Shown here: positions 17,878 to 28,200 of the stretch, piece by piece | Position numbering within the stretch: position 1 is the first letter of the stretch | Layout of the letters: each line of letters opens with the position of its first letter | Source of the DNA: an uncultured Rhodanobacter sp. | GTDB lineage: Bacteria > Pseudomonadota > Gammaproteobacteria > Xanthomonadales > Rhodanobacteraceae | Assembly: GCA_903827735.1 (NCBI GenBank) | Contig: CAIKJM010000127.1 | Location: 1-45,562 of the forward strand | Reading direction: 5' to 3' | Length of the DNA: 45,562 nucleotides | Notes under the pieces: model-generated | Database searches by the model: none | The model's input: only the letters and a program-made list of their open reading frames with translations | What the model was told of the DNA's origin: nothing | Program-made: the position numbers and the translations under genes

Positions 17878-19275
17878 ATGCACATCGGTATCGACTTCGG
17901 CACCAGCTATTCGGCCGCCGCCGCCATCATCGACGGCGAGCTCAGGCTCGTGCGCTTCGGCGACGCCGAGCAGTTTCGTACGGCGGTGTTTTTCCCCGAA
18001 CTGGTGCCCGACCCCAGCGACTTCACCCTGACGCCTGCGCTCGAAGCGCAGCTCGAAAACCAGCTGCGCCTGGCCAGGCAGCAGCAGCGTCAGCTGGCGA
18101 CCGCCGCCACAGCGCGTGGGCAGGCGCCGGCGGCGCGCAGCGAGCAGGAGTTGCGCAGCGAAGCACTGCGCGTGGTGCGCCGGCAGTGGATGGAGGAACA
18201 GACGCGCAACGCCACCGCATCCGTCGCCAGCTTCCAGCACGCGCTGTTCGGCGAGGCCGCCGTCGAGGGTTATCTGGAAAGCGGCGGCGGCAATCTGATC
18301 GAATCGCCCAAGTCGATGTTCGGCTATCGGCTCGATCCGCAGGTGCGCAAGGTCATCGTGCATATCGCCACTCACATCATCGAGCACATTCGCCTGACCG
18401 CCAGCCAGCAGTTCGGCACGCCGGTGCGCGGCGCGGTGATCGGCCGGCCGGTGGAGTTTCGCAGCTCGATGGGTGCGCAGGGTTCGCTGCAGGCGATCGA
18501 GATTCTGCGCGAAGCGGCGGCCGCGGCCGGCTTCGACAGCGTGAGCTTTCTGGAAGAGCCCGCGGCGGCGGCCATGCACTATCACAAGAGCCTGGCGGCG
18601 CGTCAGCACGTGCTGGTGGTCGATATCGGCGGTGGCACGACCGACGTGGCCCACGCGCAGCTCGGGGGCGACGAACCGCCGCGCATCGAGCGCAGCTGGG
18701 GCCTGCCCAAGGGCGGCACCGATCTGGATGTCAATGTGAGCCTGCACAGTTTCATGCCGCAGCTGGGCAAGGACATCATCAGCATGCCGGCGCATCGTTA
18801 CGTCGACGCCGCCAGCGTGCATAACCTGCCCAAACAGCGGGAATTCCGTCAGCAGGACTATCGCCTCGTCGACGAGCCATTCGGTTCGCGCCTGCGCGCC
18901 TTGCAGGCAGCCGGTGCCACCACGAGGCTCAACCAGCTCGCCGAGCGCAGCAAGATCACGCTGAGCGCGTCAGCAAGTTTTCGCGCCGAACTCGATTTCC
19001 TCGAGCCCGGCCTCGCAGTGGAACTCGGCGGCGAAGACTTTCACGCCGCCATCGACGGCTTCCTCCTGCAGATGGAGCGCACTCTGACCACCGTGCGTGG
19101 CGATCTGGCCCACCTACCGGCCAGCCTCTTCTTGACCGGCGGCACCTCGCGTTCACCGCAGATCCGCGAGCATGTACAGTCCTGCTTCCCGGAGATTCCA
19201 CTGGTCCAGGGCGATCCCTCGCTGGGCGTGGTTTCGGGGCTGGCCGTGGCGGCGAGTGAGGCCGACCCCGGTTAG
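17878..19275 (+). CDS. Hsp70-family protein (YegD-like; ATPase domain without a classical substrate-binding domain)
   Basis: GIDFGTSYS, SPKS, AVIGRPV.F, EEPAAAA, VVDIGGGTTD, LTGGTS. Confidence 0.9.
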   Translation: MHIGIDFGTSYSAAAAIIDGELRLVRFGDAEQFRTAVFFPELVPDPSDFTLTPALEAQLENQLRLARQQQRQLATAATARGQAPAARSEQELRSEALRVVRRQWMEEQTRNATASVASFQHALFGEAAVEGYLESGGGNLIESPKSMFGYRLDPQVRKVIVHIATHIIEHIRLTASQQFGTPVRGAVIGRPVEFRSSMGAQGSLQAIEILREAAAAAGFDSVSFLEEPAAAAMHYHKSLAARQHVLVVDIGGGTTDVAHAQLGGDEPPRIERSWGLPKGGTDLDVNVSLHSFMPQLGKDIISMPAHRYVDAASVHNLPKQREFRQQDYRLVDEPFGSRLRALQAAGATTRLNQLAERSKITLSASASFRAELDFLEPGLAVELGGEDFHAAIDGFLLQMERTLTTVRGDLAHLPASLFLTGGTSRSPQIREHVQSCFPEIPLVQGDPSLGVVSGLAVAASEADPG

Positions 19276-19356
19276 TTCCAACCGATCTGCGAAAACTGAA
19301 GAATTGCCCTGTTTTTGGTCACACTCCATTAACGAACCACCGAGTACATTAACCCC

Positions 19357-19462
19357 ATGTCGTGAGACATTCCTCCCACCGCGTGGCATTGGCTCCCCTC
19401 CGATAGCCCGCACTCAGATGGAACCCCCCCGAACCCGCAGACTCCCCTCTGCGGGTTTTTTT
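19357..19462 (+). ncRNA. Candidate sRNA with C-rich (CUCCCC) loops
   Basis: TACATT -10-like box at 19345-19350; 5' hairpin ATGTC-GTGA-GACAT; TCCTCCC linker; stem with loop CTCCCCT; terminator CCCGCAGA-CTCCCC-TCTGCGGG-T7. Confidence 0.6.
19434..19462 (+). terminator. Rho-independent terminator
   Basis: 8-bp perfect stem CCCGCAGA/TCTGCGGG followed by T7. Confidence 0.88.
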
Positions 19463-19678
19463 ATGCTCGGATGGTGTTGTCGTGCATAAGTCAGGGCCCG
19501 GCATGTGCCCCAGCGTCACGCCAGGAGCTGCCTCCCCCGCCCTGCTCCGGAAAATCGCGATATGCAGCAGCAAGAAGGCCAGCCATGGCAAGTGGCTGGC
19601 CCGGAATGATGGATCGGAAGGCCTGGAACCTGATGGCCTCTGTCCCGGCATCAGGCTCTGACGGCCGATAGCGCGCAA

Positions 19679-21196
19679 CTATTCGACGATCACATGCGCA
19701 GCGCCGGGTGCTGCCACATCTACCTGGCGGCGCCGGATAAAAAACGCGGCGACCAGCGCACAGACCACCAGGACCAGCGACCAGGTAAAGGTATGGCCGA
19801 ATGCGGCGCCCAGCGCTGGAACCGCCCGCACGACGGCGACTGCCGGCGCTGCTTCGCCGGTAGGAAGCGTCGCCGCACCCGGGCCGGCGGGCATGGCCGC
19901 GGCCAGCTCGTGCGACAACACCACCGCCAACAGCGCCGTGCCGATCGAACCGCCGACCCGCTGCAGCACGTTGAGACCGGCGGTGACCCGCGCTACCGCG
20001 TGGCGCTCGATCGACGAGAGCGCGGCGCTCATCGCCGGCATCATGGTCGAGCCCATGCCCAGGCCCATCAGGAACAGCGTCAGCTCGACCTGCAGCACAG
20101 TCGTCGTGGCCGAAATCCGGCTGAGGCTCAACATGCCCAGCGCCACCAGCGACAGGCCGACCGTCACAACGCGGCGCGCGCCGAGCCTGTCGGTCAGTCG
20201 CGCGGCGATCGGCATTGAAATCATTGCGCCAATGCCCTGCGCGGCCAGCAGCAGCCCCGCATGTAAGGCGGAGTCGCCGCGCACCACCTGAAAGTACAGC
20301 GGCATCAGCAGCGCCACGCCAAAGAACGCCGTGCAGAAAAGAAACACGGTGAGCGCCGGCGCACCGACGGCGCGCTGCGCAAACATTTTCACGTCGATCA
20401 GCGCGCCCTGGCGCAAGCGCGCATGCAGCACGAAGGCGATCACCAGCAGCAGCCCGAGCAACACGGCGCCGCCGCCGCCGAGCGAATCCAGACCCGAGCC
20501 GGCCGCGGTTTCCGCCAGCCCGTAGACAAAGATTGCCAGCCCCGGCGACAGCATCAGCAGGCCGGGCCAATCCAGCGCATGGTGCGGCTTGGGGTCGTCG
20601 CGCTCGAACACGCGCATGGCGGCGAACAGCGCAATCGCGCCAATCGGCAGGTTGACGAAAAAGATCCAGCGCCACGAGACATCATCCACCAGCCAGCCGC
20701 CGAGAATCGGCCCGACGATCGGCGCCAGCAGCATCGGCACACCGACGATACCCATCACCCGGCCCATTCGCTTCGGTCCAGCCGCATGGGTCAGAATGGT
20801 CATGCCCGCGGGCATGATCATGCCGCCGCCCAGGCCCTGCAGCACGCGAAAGACGATCAGCGAACCGGCCGACCACGCCGCGCCGGACAGCGCCGAGCCC
20901 AGCAGAAACATGCCGATCGACGCCATATACAGGCGCTTGGTGCCGAAGCGATCGGCGGCCCAGCCGGTCAGCGGAATCACGGTGGCCAGCGCCAGCATGT
21001 AGCCGGTGGAAATCCACTGCATCGTGGCCAGCGGCGCACTGAAGCTTTTCGACAAGTCCCTGATCGCGACGTTGACGATCGTCGTATCGAGAATCGACAT
21101 GAAGGTACCGAGAATCACCACCGCCGCGATGCGCAACAGGCGCGGATCGAGCGTGGCTTCAGCAGGAGTTTTGGGGGTCGGCATGGGCTTGTTCAC
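19679..21196 (-). CDS. DHA2 (EmrB/QacA) MFS efflux transporter
   Basis: LDTTIVNVA, GWAADRFGTKR, RVLQGLGGG, GPILGGWL, WRWIFFVNLPIG; 4-nt overlap with MarR. Confidence 0.93.
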   Translation of the reverse strand: MNKPMPTPKTPAEATLDPRLLRIAAVVILGTFMSILDTTIVNVAIRDLSKSFSAPLATMQWISTGYMLALATVIPLTGWAADRFGTKRLYMASIGMFLLGSALSGAAWSAGSLIVFRVLQGLGGGMIMPAGMTILTHAAGPKRMGRVMGIVGVPMLLAPIVGPILGGWLVDDVSWRWIFFVNLPIGAIALFAAMRVFERDDPKPHHALDWPGLLMLSPGLAIFVYGLAETAAGSGLDSLGGGGAVLLGLLLVIAFVLHARLRQGALIDVKMFAQRAVGAPALTVFLFCTAFFGVALLMPLYFQVVRGDSALHAGLLLAAQGIGAMISMPIAARLTDRLGARRVVTVGLSLVALGMLSLSRISATTTVLQVELTLFLMGLGMGSTMMPAMSAALSSIERHAVARVTAGLNVLQRVGGSIGTALLAVVLSHELAAAMPAGPGAATLPTGEAAPAVAVVRAVPALGAAFGHTFTWSLVLVVCALVAAFFIRRRQVDVAAPGAAHVIVE

Positions 21197-21711
21197 TTGG
21201 AAGCTTTAGAGGGTGTCGTGCTGCACGATGGGGACGCGTGGGTTCCACCTGGCATTGGCAGATGCCGCGCAGTCAGTTCGCCGAGCGTAGCGACGGCCGC
21301 ATCAAGCGCGGCACGCTCACCGGCATCGAGCTTGGCCACGAAAGACTCGACGGCGCGGCGGCGCGCCTGGCCGATCTGCACGATCGCGGCACGCCCGGAC
21401 CCGGTCAGACCAATGCGTTTGATGCGGCGGTCGCTCTCGTCTTCGCGCCGCGACAGCAGGCCGGTGCGAACGACGATATCCACAGCGCGCCCGGCGGCCG
21501 CCATCGACACGCCCACCTGCTCGGCCAGCTCGTTGACGGCCATGTCCCGCCCGGCATGCTCCAGCACGAACAGCATCCGCAGCTGGGTCATGGTGAGCTC
21601 GAATTCCGCGGTGGCCGACATCACCTCTGCCTGACTGCCCTTCATCAGCGGCATCATGGCCGCGATAAGGCGATGGCTAAGGGAATCGTCGGTGGCCTTG
21701 GATGAGCGCAT
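21193..21711 (-). CDS. MarR-family regulator
   Basis: LTMTQLRML, ELAEQVGVS, R.EDESDRRIKRIGLT..G. Confidence 0.9.
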   Translation of the reverse strand: MRSSKATDDSLSHRLIAAMMPLMKGSQAEVMSATAEFELTMTQLRMLFVLEHAGRDMAVNELAEQVGVSMAAAGRAVDIVVRTGLLSRREDESDRRIKRIGLTGSGRAAIVQIGQARRRAVESFVAKLDAGERAALDAAVATLGELTARHLPMPGGTHASPSCSTTPSKASK

Positions 21712-21715
21712 CGGC

Positions 21716-21758
21716 GCAACTATATCTGATGACGCAATAGTTGCATATACGCAAATAT
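21716..21758. promoter_or_regulatory. Putative MarR operator(s) overlapping the marR promoter
   Basis: ATAGTTGC-N6-GCAAATAT (21737-21758; 7/8 inverted match) plus half-site GCAACTAT (21716-21723). TATAGT -10 box lies 7 nt before the marR ATG. Confidence 0.6.
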
Positions 21759-21848
21759 CTAAATCGCCGCAACCGCGCTCAGGTCACGCGAATGCCTTTA
21801 CCGTGGTACCGAACTGACCTGGTTGCTCCCTGTGACCTGCGCGCCCGT

Positions 21849-23195
21849 TCAGTCGACCGCCAGCATCCGCTTCAACGGCCGGCTGAGCGCAATGGCTAGC
21901 ACACCGCCGATCGCCGCGACGCCGGCGTGCATGAACCAGAAGCCGGCCGGCGTCATGTGCTCGTAGAAACCGCCGAGCCAGCCGATGATGAAATTGCCGG
22001 TAAAGAGGCTGAGAAACACGGCGCCCATCAGGGTCGCCTTGATCGACGCTGGCGCCGCGCGCGACACCAGCGCGAGCAGGGTCGGCCAGTAGTAGAGAAA
22101 GCCGATGCCGAGCAGGATGTCGTAAATCACCGGCACCAGTACCGGCGTGCGCGCGCTGAGCAGGCACGACACCGCCAGCAGCGCATTCGCTGCCGCCGTC
22201 ACCCAGGCACCCGTGGCGATCTTGCCCAGGTCATCCGGCTCGCTGCCGCGCGCGGCCTGAAACCGCCAGAGGGCGAACAGCACGGGTACAAAAACAATGC
22301 TGGACAGCGGATCGATCGAATTGAACCAGGCCACCGGCACGTGGAAGCCGAGGAAATTCAGATCGACGCTGCGATCGATCCACACCAGCGCCAGGTTGGT
22401 GTTCTGGTAATAACCGACGGATTGGAAAATGGTGATCGCGGCGACCACCGCCAGCGCGCCGACGACGCGCCACTCGCGTGCCGTCAGTGACGTTTTCTCG
22501 CGCTGGCCGGCGCGCGGCCGATCCTTCGGCAGATAGCGGAAGCCGGCGATGTAGGTGAACAGGCCGATAAGCATCAGAGTGCCGGCCAGCGCAAAACCCG
22601 CGTGCCAGCCGTACAGCTGCGCCAGCAGGCCGCACAGCAGCGGACCGACGACCGCGCCGACATTGATGCCGATCGAAAAAATCGCGAACGCGCGCGTGCG
22701 GCCCTCGCCATCCGTCTCGGCGTAAAGCTCACCCACCTGGGTCGAGATATTGCCCTTCAGCAAACCGCAGCCGACGACGAGCAGGAGCAGCGCCATGAGG
22801 AACGAGGCGTCGAACGCCATCGCCCACTGGCCTACGCTCATCATCATCGCGCCGATCATCACGGCCAGCCGCCGGCCGAGCCAGCGATCGGCCACCCAGC
22901 CGCCCAGCACCGGCGTGAAATACACGAAGCCCGTGTACAGCCCCATGATCTGCGAGGCCAGGCCCAGGGTGGTCATCGGTCCGAACACCGACTCCAGCCC
23001 GGCCCGAAACGCCGTAAAGCCCAAGATACCCTCGACATGTCCCCCCAGCAGCAGCGCCTGGCTCATATAGAGCACCAGGATCGAGGTCATGCCGTAATAC
23101 GAAAACCGCTCCCATGCTTCGGTAAAGCTGAGAAAGGCCAGAGCCCTCGGTTCGCCGAAAAAGGTTTTTGCAACCACGGTGGTGTCGTTGGTCAT
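21849..23195 (-). CDS. POT/PTR-family proton-dependent oligopeptide transporter
   Basis: EAWERFSYYGM (ExxERF), GGWVADRWLG, LKGNIS, INVG; GGAG RBS before ATG 23195. Confidence 0.93.
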   Translation of the reverse strand: MTNDTTVVAKTFFGEPRALAFLSFTEAWERFSYYGMTSILVLYMSQALLLGGHVEGILGFTAFRAGLESVFGPMTTLGLASQIMGLYTGFVYFTPVLGGWVADRWLGRRLAVMIGAMMMSVGQWAMAFDASFLMALLLLVVGCGLLKGNISTQVGELYAETDGEGRTRAFAIFSIGINVGAVVGPLLCGLLAQLYGWHAGFALAGTLMLIGLFTYIAGFRYLPKDRPRAGQREKTSLTAREWRVVGALAVVAAITIFQSVGYYQNTNLALVWIDRSVDLNFLGFHVPVAWFNSIDPLSSIVFVPVLFALWRFQAARGSEPDDLGKIATGAWVTAAANALLAVSCLLSARTPVLVPVIYDILLGIGFLYYWPTLLALVSRAAPASIKATLMGAVFLSLFTGNFIIGWLGGFYEHMTPAGFWFMHAGVAAIGGVLAIALSRPLKRMLAVD

Positions 23196-23288
23196 GTCGC
23201 TCCGAATAGAAACCGATCGATAAACCTCGATTATTCGCACAAGCCGCCGACGCCGTCTGTATTTTTTTCTGCATCCAAATACGCAGCG

Positions 23289-24191
23289 TCAGGCCAGTAT
23301 CTCCAGGCAAAAGTCGATGAAAGCACGCACCTTCCCCGCCGGATGATGGCGCGAGGGATAGAAGGCATAAAGCGGAAAGCGTTCGTCGACCCAGTCCGGC
23401 AGCACCTGCACCAGCTTTTTCCTGGCGATCAGATCCTGCACCACGCCCAGCGACATCATCTGCGCAAGTCCCGCGCCGGCGACACAGGCGCTGATAAGCG
23501 TTCCCGCATCGGTTACCAGCAGCGGACCGCGCGTCGTTACCGGCACCGCCTTGCGGCCCTTGCGAAACTCCCAGTCGAATGGCCGACGCGTCTGCGAGTC
23601 GCGAAATTGGATGCACGTGTGGCTGGCGATCTCGGTAGGCGTCCTGGGGTGTCCGTGCTTTTCCAGATACGCCGGCGACGCCACCGTGATGATGCGCGTC
23701 TCCAGCAACAGCCTTGCCACCAGCGATGACGATGGCGGAACACCGAAGCGCACTGCCACGTCGATGCCGTCGCCGATCATGTCGCCCAGCTCGTCGCGGG
23801 TAATCAGCTCGATTTCCAGCTCCGGATGACGCGCCATGAACGCCGGCAATTTCGGCGCCAGCACTTCCCGTGAAAACAAAGGGTCCGCATTAATCCGCAG
23901 GCGGCCGCGCACCGACGCCGACGCGCTGCCCGCGTGCGACGCCGCCTCCTCGATGCCCACCAGCAGCGGCTGCACCTCGGCGTAGAAGCGCTGGCCTTCG
24001 TCGGTCAGCGTGATCGAGCGCGTGGTCCGATGCAGCAGCCGTATACCGAGCCGCCCTTCCATGCGGCTGATGGCGCGACTGACGCCGGAGGACGTCATGC
24101 CCAGCGCATCCGACGCACGCGCGAAGTTGCCCGACTCCACGACCGCCGCCAGCACGCCCAGATTGGCGAGCATTTTTCCATCGAAGGCCAT
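23289..24191 (-). CDS. LysR-family regulator (CrgA-like)
   Basis: GNFARA, SGVSRAI.RME.RLG.RLLHRTTRS; AGGAG 8 nt before ATG 24191. Confidence 0.93.
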   Translation of the reverse strand: MAFDGKMLANLGVLAAVVESGNFARASDALGMTSSGVSRAISRMEGRLGIRLLHRTTRSITLTDEGQRFYAEVQPLLVGIEEAASHAGSASASVRGRLRINADPLFSREVLAPKLPAFMARHPELEIELITRDELGDMIGDGIDVAVRFGVPPSSSLVARLLLETRIITVASPAYLEKHGHPRTPTEIASHTCIQFRDSQTRRPFDWEFRKGRKAVPVTTRGPLLVTDAGTLISACVAGAGLAQMMSLGVVQDLIARKKLVQVLPDWVDERFPLYAFYPSRHHPAGKVRAFIDFCLEILA

Positions 24192-24337
24192 CGTCATCAC
24201 TCCTGATTTTCAGTCATGAAAGATCTGAAAAAAGTGATCTTCAGTCAATACATCACGATCGCTAATCTTGCCCGCAGCCGGAGGACAAGCGCGCCAGCGA
24301 CTCTGATTCTGCTTCACCATAACCAAGGACCATCACC

Positions 24338-25201
24338 ATGTATGCCATCACCGGAATCACTGGCCAGGTCGGCAGCGCCGTCGCCAACACCCTACTGACG
24401 CAAGGTCTCGAGGTTCGTGCCGTCGTGCGCGATGCGGCAAAGGCCGAAAGCTGGAAAGCGCGCGGCTGCGAGATCGCCGTCGCCGACGTCAACGATGTCG
24501 CTGCGCTCACTAAAGCCTTTCAGGGTGTCGATGGCGTTTTCGTACTGTTGCCACCGATATTCGACCCCGGCCCCGGCTTTACCGAAGGCAGAGCGATGCT
24601 GGCCTCGCTACGTGCCGCATTGGAGGCCGCCAAACCCCCGCGCATCGTTTGTCTTTCCACCATCGGCGCCCAGGCAGTCCAGCCCAATCTGCTCAATCTG
24701 CTGGGCATGATGGAAACGAGTTTTTCCGAATTGCCGCTGCCCGTGGCCTTTCTGCGCGCCGGCTGGTTTATGGAGAACGCATTGTGGGATGTAGCGGCAG
24801 CGAGAAAGGAAGGCGTGCTGCGCAGCTATCTGCAGCCGCTGGACCGGGCGTTTCCCATGGTTGCCACCCAGGACGTTGGCATGCTTGCCGCTGCACTGCT
24901 GCTGGAAACCTGGACGGGGACCCGAATCGTCGAACTGGAAGGCCCGCAGCGCGTCACACCGAACCAACTGGCTGCGGCGTTCGCTGAGGTACTGGGTCAT
25001 CATGTCAAAGCCGAAGTCGTTCCGCGGGATGGCTGGATCGACGAGTTCACGCGCCAAGGCATGAAGAACCCGACGCCGCGCGCCCAGATGATCGACGGCT
25101 TCAACGAGGGATGGATTCGCTTCGAGTCGAACGACGCAAGCGTACGCAAGGGCTCGACATCGCTGAATGCGGTGATTGCCGAACTGGTCGATCGCCACTA
25201 A
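24338..25201 (+). CDS. NmrA-family NAD(P)-binding protein
   Basis: ITGITGQVG, LSTIGA, LRAGWFMEN; divergent from LysR. Confidence 0.9.
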   Translation: MYAITGITGQVGSAVANTLLTQGLEVRAVVRDAAKAESWKARGCEIAVADVNDVAALTKAFQGVDGVFVLLPPIFDPGPGFTEGRAMLASLRAALEAAKPPRIVCLSTIGAQAVQPNLLNLLGMMETSFSELPLPVAFLRAGWFMENALWDVAAARKEGVLRSYLQPLDRAFPMVATQDVGMLAAALLLETWTGTRIVELEGPQRVTPNQLAAAFAEVLGHHVKAEVVPRDGWIDEFTRQGMKNPTPRAQMIDGFNEGWIRFESNDASVRKGSTSLNAVIAELVDRH

Positions 25202-25234
25202 GCGACAGTGTCCACAGTCCTTTTCAAATGCAAT

Positions 25235-25260
25235 GAGCCGGACGATCGCTCGTCCGGCTC
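25235..25260. terminator. Hairpin between convergent genes (probable terminator)
   Basis: GAGCCGGACGA-TCGC-TCGTCCGGCTC, an 11-bp perfect stem; U-tracts are weak. Confidence 0.6.
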
Positions 25261-25288
25261 CTTCGCTCTAGAAATGCATCAGCTACTT

Positions 25289-28200
25289 TTAGTGGCTACT
25301 ACCCACCGAGCTATTTACCCCGCCAGTAACTCGGCCACCTTGCAGGCGGTTTGCCTGGATCACCGCGTGAGGCGGCAGCGATATCGGCGTACCATCGAGT
25401 CCAGCAACGGCCTGCGAGATGAAGCCGCCACTCCCGTTGCTGAGCCATTCGTACAAAGTACTCGGCCCTAATTGCACTTGCGCAGCCCCCACCTCGGCCT
25501 TAGCAGACCATAAGAGATCAGCGAGACCATCACCATCGTAGTCGGCAATACTGGCCAAGGTGTATCCCGCAGGCACGGGCAGCTCCTGCGTGGATGACAC
25601 GGTGGCGCTGTTCATGTTCCAAATCGTCAGTTGGTTGGCTCCAGGGTTGGTCCAGAACAGCGAGGTCACGCCAGCACCGGCGATGTCGCCTGCGCCAAAC
25701 AGAGTAAAGCCCACCGGGCGGTTGGCGATCTGTGTCGTATCAAAGCTTCCCTGCTGGTTGTTGATGGACAGGTAGACCGTGTTGTTGCTCGGGTTCGGGC
25801 TGGTCCAGACGATGTCGGCAAAACCGTCGCCGTTGACATCCGCTAGCGTCGGTACAAAACCTTTCGGACCGCTGTATACCGCCGACAGCGTAGGAATAAA
25901 CGTGTAATGCGCTCGACCCAGGATATACAGAACTCTAAAGCTGAGCTGTTGCCACTGCACCTGCCCCGTCTGGCCATTTGCCAGAAAAAGTTCATCGGAT
26001 CCGGAGTTGTCGAAATTGCCCGCGCCGGCGATGCTCCATCCCGGTGCATAAGCCGAACCAGCGGCACCTTCGTAGTAGTTGGCGGCGCCGCCATCTCCAT
26101 CCGAAAGCATGATGTACAGCTGATTGCCAGGGCCAGTCAGCGCGAGGCTGTCGATATCGCGTGAAAAGATGCCTTCCGTGGGACTGAAGAAATTACCTAT
26201 GGCGCTGATGGAGTAACCCGCAGGCATTGGCTGCGACACGTTGTTTAAGATTAGCGAACCCTTCATGCCCAGCTGCAGGAAGTTTCCACTACCGGGCTCC
26301 AGCACGGCGATATCGCTGAATCCGTCGCCATCTCCATAATTGGCCGAGGACAGATAATCGGACGGTGCGACGTAGCCGTTCTTGAACGGTGCGTAGAACA
26401 TCGTGACCGCATTCACTAGGTTGGTGGCGTTAATCGTGCCAAGGCCGGTTGCCATGCTATAGCCTGCGCCCGTATTCCACGCCGGATCGAGCTGATCAAT
26501 TCCGCCAGCGCTCAACACGCCATACGATTTGGCGGACTTGCCGTTGTAGCAGTCGTTGGTGCCGGCGTAGCAAGGTTCATCGATCGTACCGACCGTGACG
26601 TTGTTGAACACGCAGTTGGCACCGACCTTTGTGCCGTTGCTGGAATTACAGGCGGTCAGCATCGCGGTATTGGGCGAGTTGACGGTGCCGTATTCCTTGA
26701 CGCCGAGGTTGTAAAGCGCCGGCAGGATGTTGCCGCTCGGCTGGCCCGACGCCTGGTTGATCAACGCCTGCACGCCAGCCATTGCCGGTGCCGCAAACGA
26801 GGTGCCGCCAGCGCTGTTGAACAGCACGTCATCCGGGTTGCCGTAATCGCAGGTGGTGCCACCCTCGCTCGCATCCGACATGCAGTACACCAGCGCATGC
26901 CCGTAAAGGCCGTTAGCCGCGAACAGCGAAACATCGGGCATCTGACGCGCGCCGTAGTTGTTCGACCCGTAGATGCCAACCTGCCACAGCGGCTGGAACC
27001 AATTGTTGCTGGCGCCGCCGCTGCCGCCGCCGGTATTGAGATACTGCTGTCCCGTTGCGCTGTTGCACGCGGTGACGCCGTCGCTGAAACCAAGCAACGT
27101 ATACAGAGTGTTGCTCGCGCAGGAGGTGTTCCAGGTCTGCTCGGGGATGTAGCTCAACGCCGAGCCGTAGAGCGCCGAGTTCGAGGCGCTCCAGTATTGC
27201 GTCTGCTGTTTATAATCGTTGAAATCCGTACCGCCGACGGCCACGTTGTAAGGCGTCGACGCCATCGCATTGACGGCGATGCCTTGATAAGCCGCCGACT
27301 CGTTCTGGTCACAGCCGGCGGACCCCGCATCGCCCGTAGAAACGAAGACCGTCACGCCTTCGGCTGCCGCCTGCGACCACAGGTCACCGGCCTCCTGCAC
27401 CGTACCATCTACGAAGCCGGCCGCTTCGCATTCGCCATAACTCAGGCTGAAGATCGTCGGCATGGGGGCCGAATATCCGCTAAGCAGGTTTGCCGCCGCG
27501 GTGAAACCGCCGAACGTGGCACTCTGGCTGTCGTCGCAGGATGCAAACACGATAGCCGCGTCCGGCGCCGCCGCACCGATCCACTCGGTATCCAGCGCCG
27601 CTTCGCCTTCGTCACCATTCGTGCCCGGGTCCGGGCAGCTGGTATCACCGGCTGCCTGCATCGGGTTGATGTAACTCACCGTTCCCGCGGAGTTGGCCGG
27701 CAGGAAAGCACTGCGGAACATCTGCACGTCCGCCGGCAGCACGTCCGTACGCTCCAGAACAGCGACTGTCTGACCTGCGCCGCGGACGGGAACGCTTCGG
27801 TTCCACAGTGGCGTAACGTTGTAGATGGTGTTGAAATCCTGCGGCGCCACGTCGTACGTTGTCTGCGTATCGACTGTGCCCGGCGGCGTGGTGATCTGTG
27901 GTGCGCCCTTGGCGCGTGCCACGGCTTTCCACTGACCCGACCGTTTGTCGCGCGTCACCGTACCTACATCGGTGTGCTGCGGCTTGGGGAAAAAATTGTT
28001 CAAGGAGGCGGCGCCGAAAACCACCGAAGCCAGCGCCACCGGAATCTCCTGCTCGGTCGCATTGGCAAAGTGGTTTTCGCCGTTCACTGTATAACCGTGC
28101 AGCGAGGTATGGAACGCGTTACCGATCGCGGCGGTATTTCCGGAAAAGCTGAGCCGCATGCCGGTGAGCGATACCGAGGTCACCCGCAGACCCTGCGACT

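Noticed and set aside
16749-18824. Long alternative ORFs (16749-17903 -, 17779-18822 -, 17871-18824 +)
   Set aside because: Overlap the LysR and Hsp70 genes, which have clear motifs; these frames are Arg/Ala/Gly-rich with none.
19491-23729. Long alternative ORFs (19491-20675, 20423-21634, 22602-23729, 22729-23616)
   Set aside because: Off-frame or antisense shadows of the MFS, MarR, POT and LysR genes.
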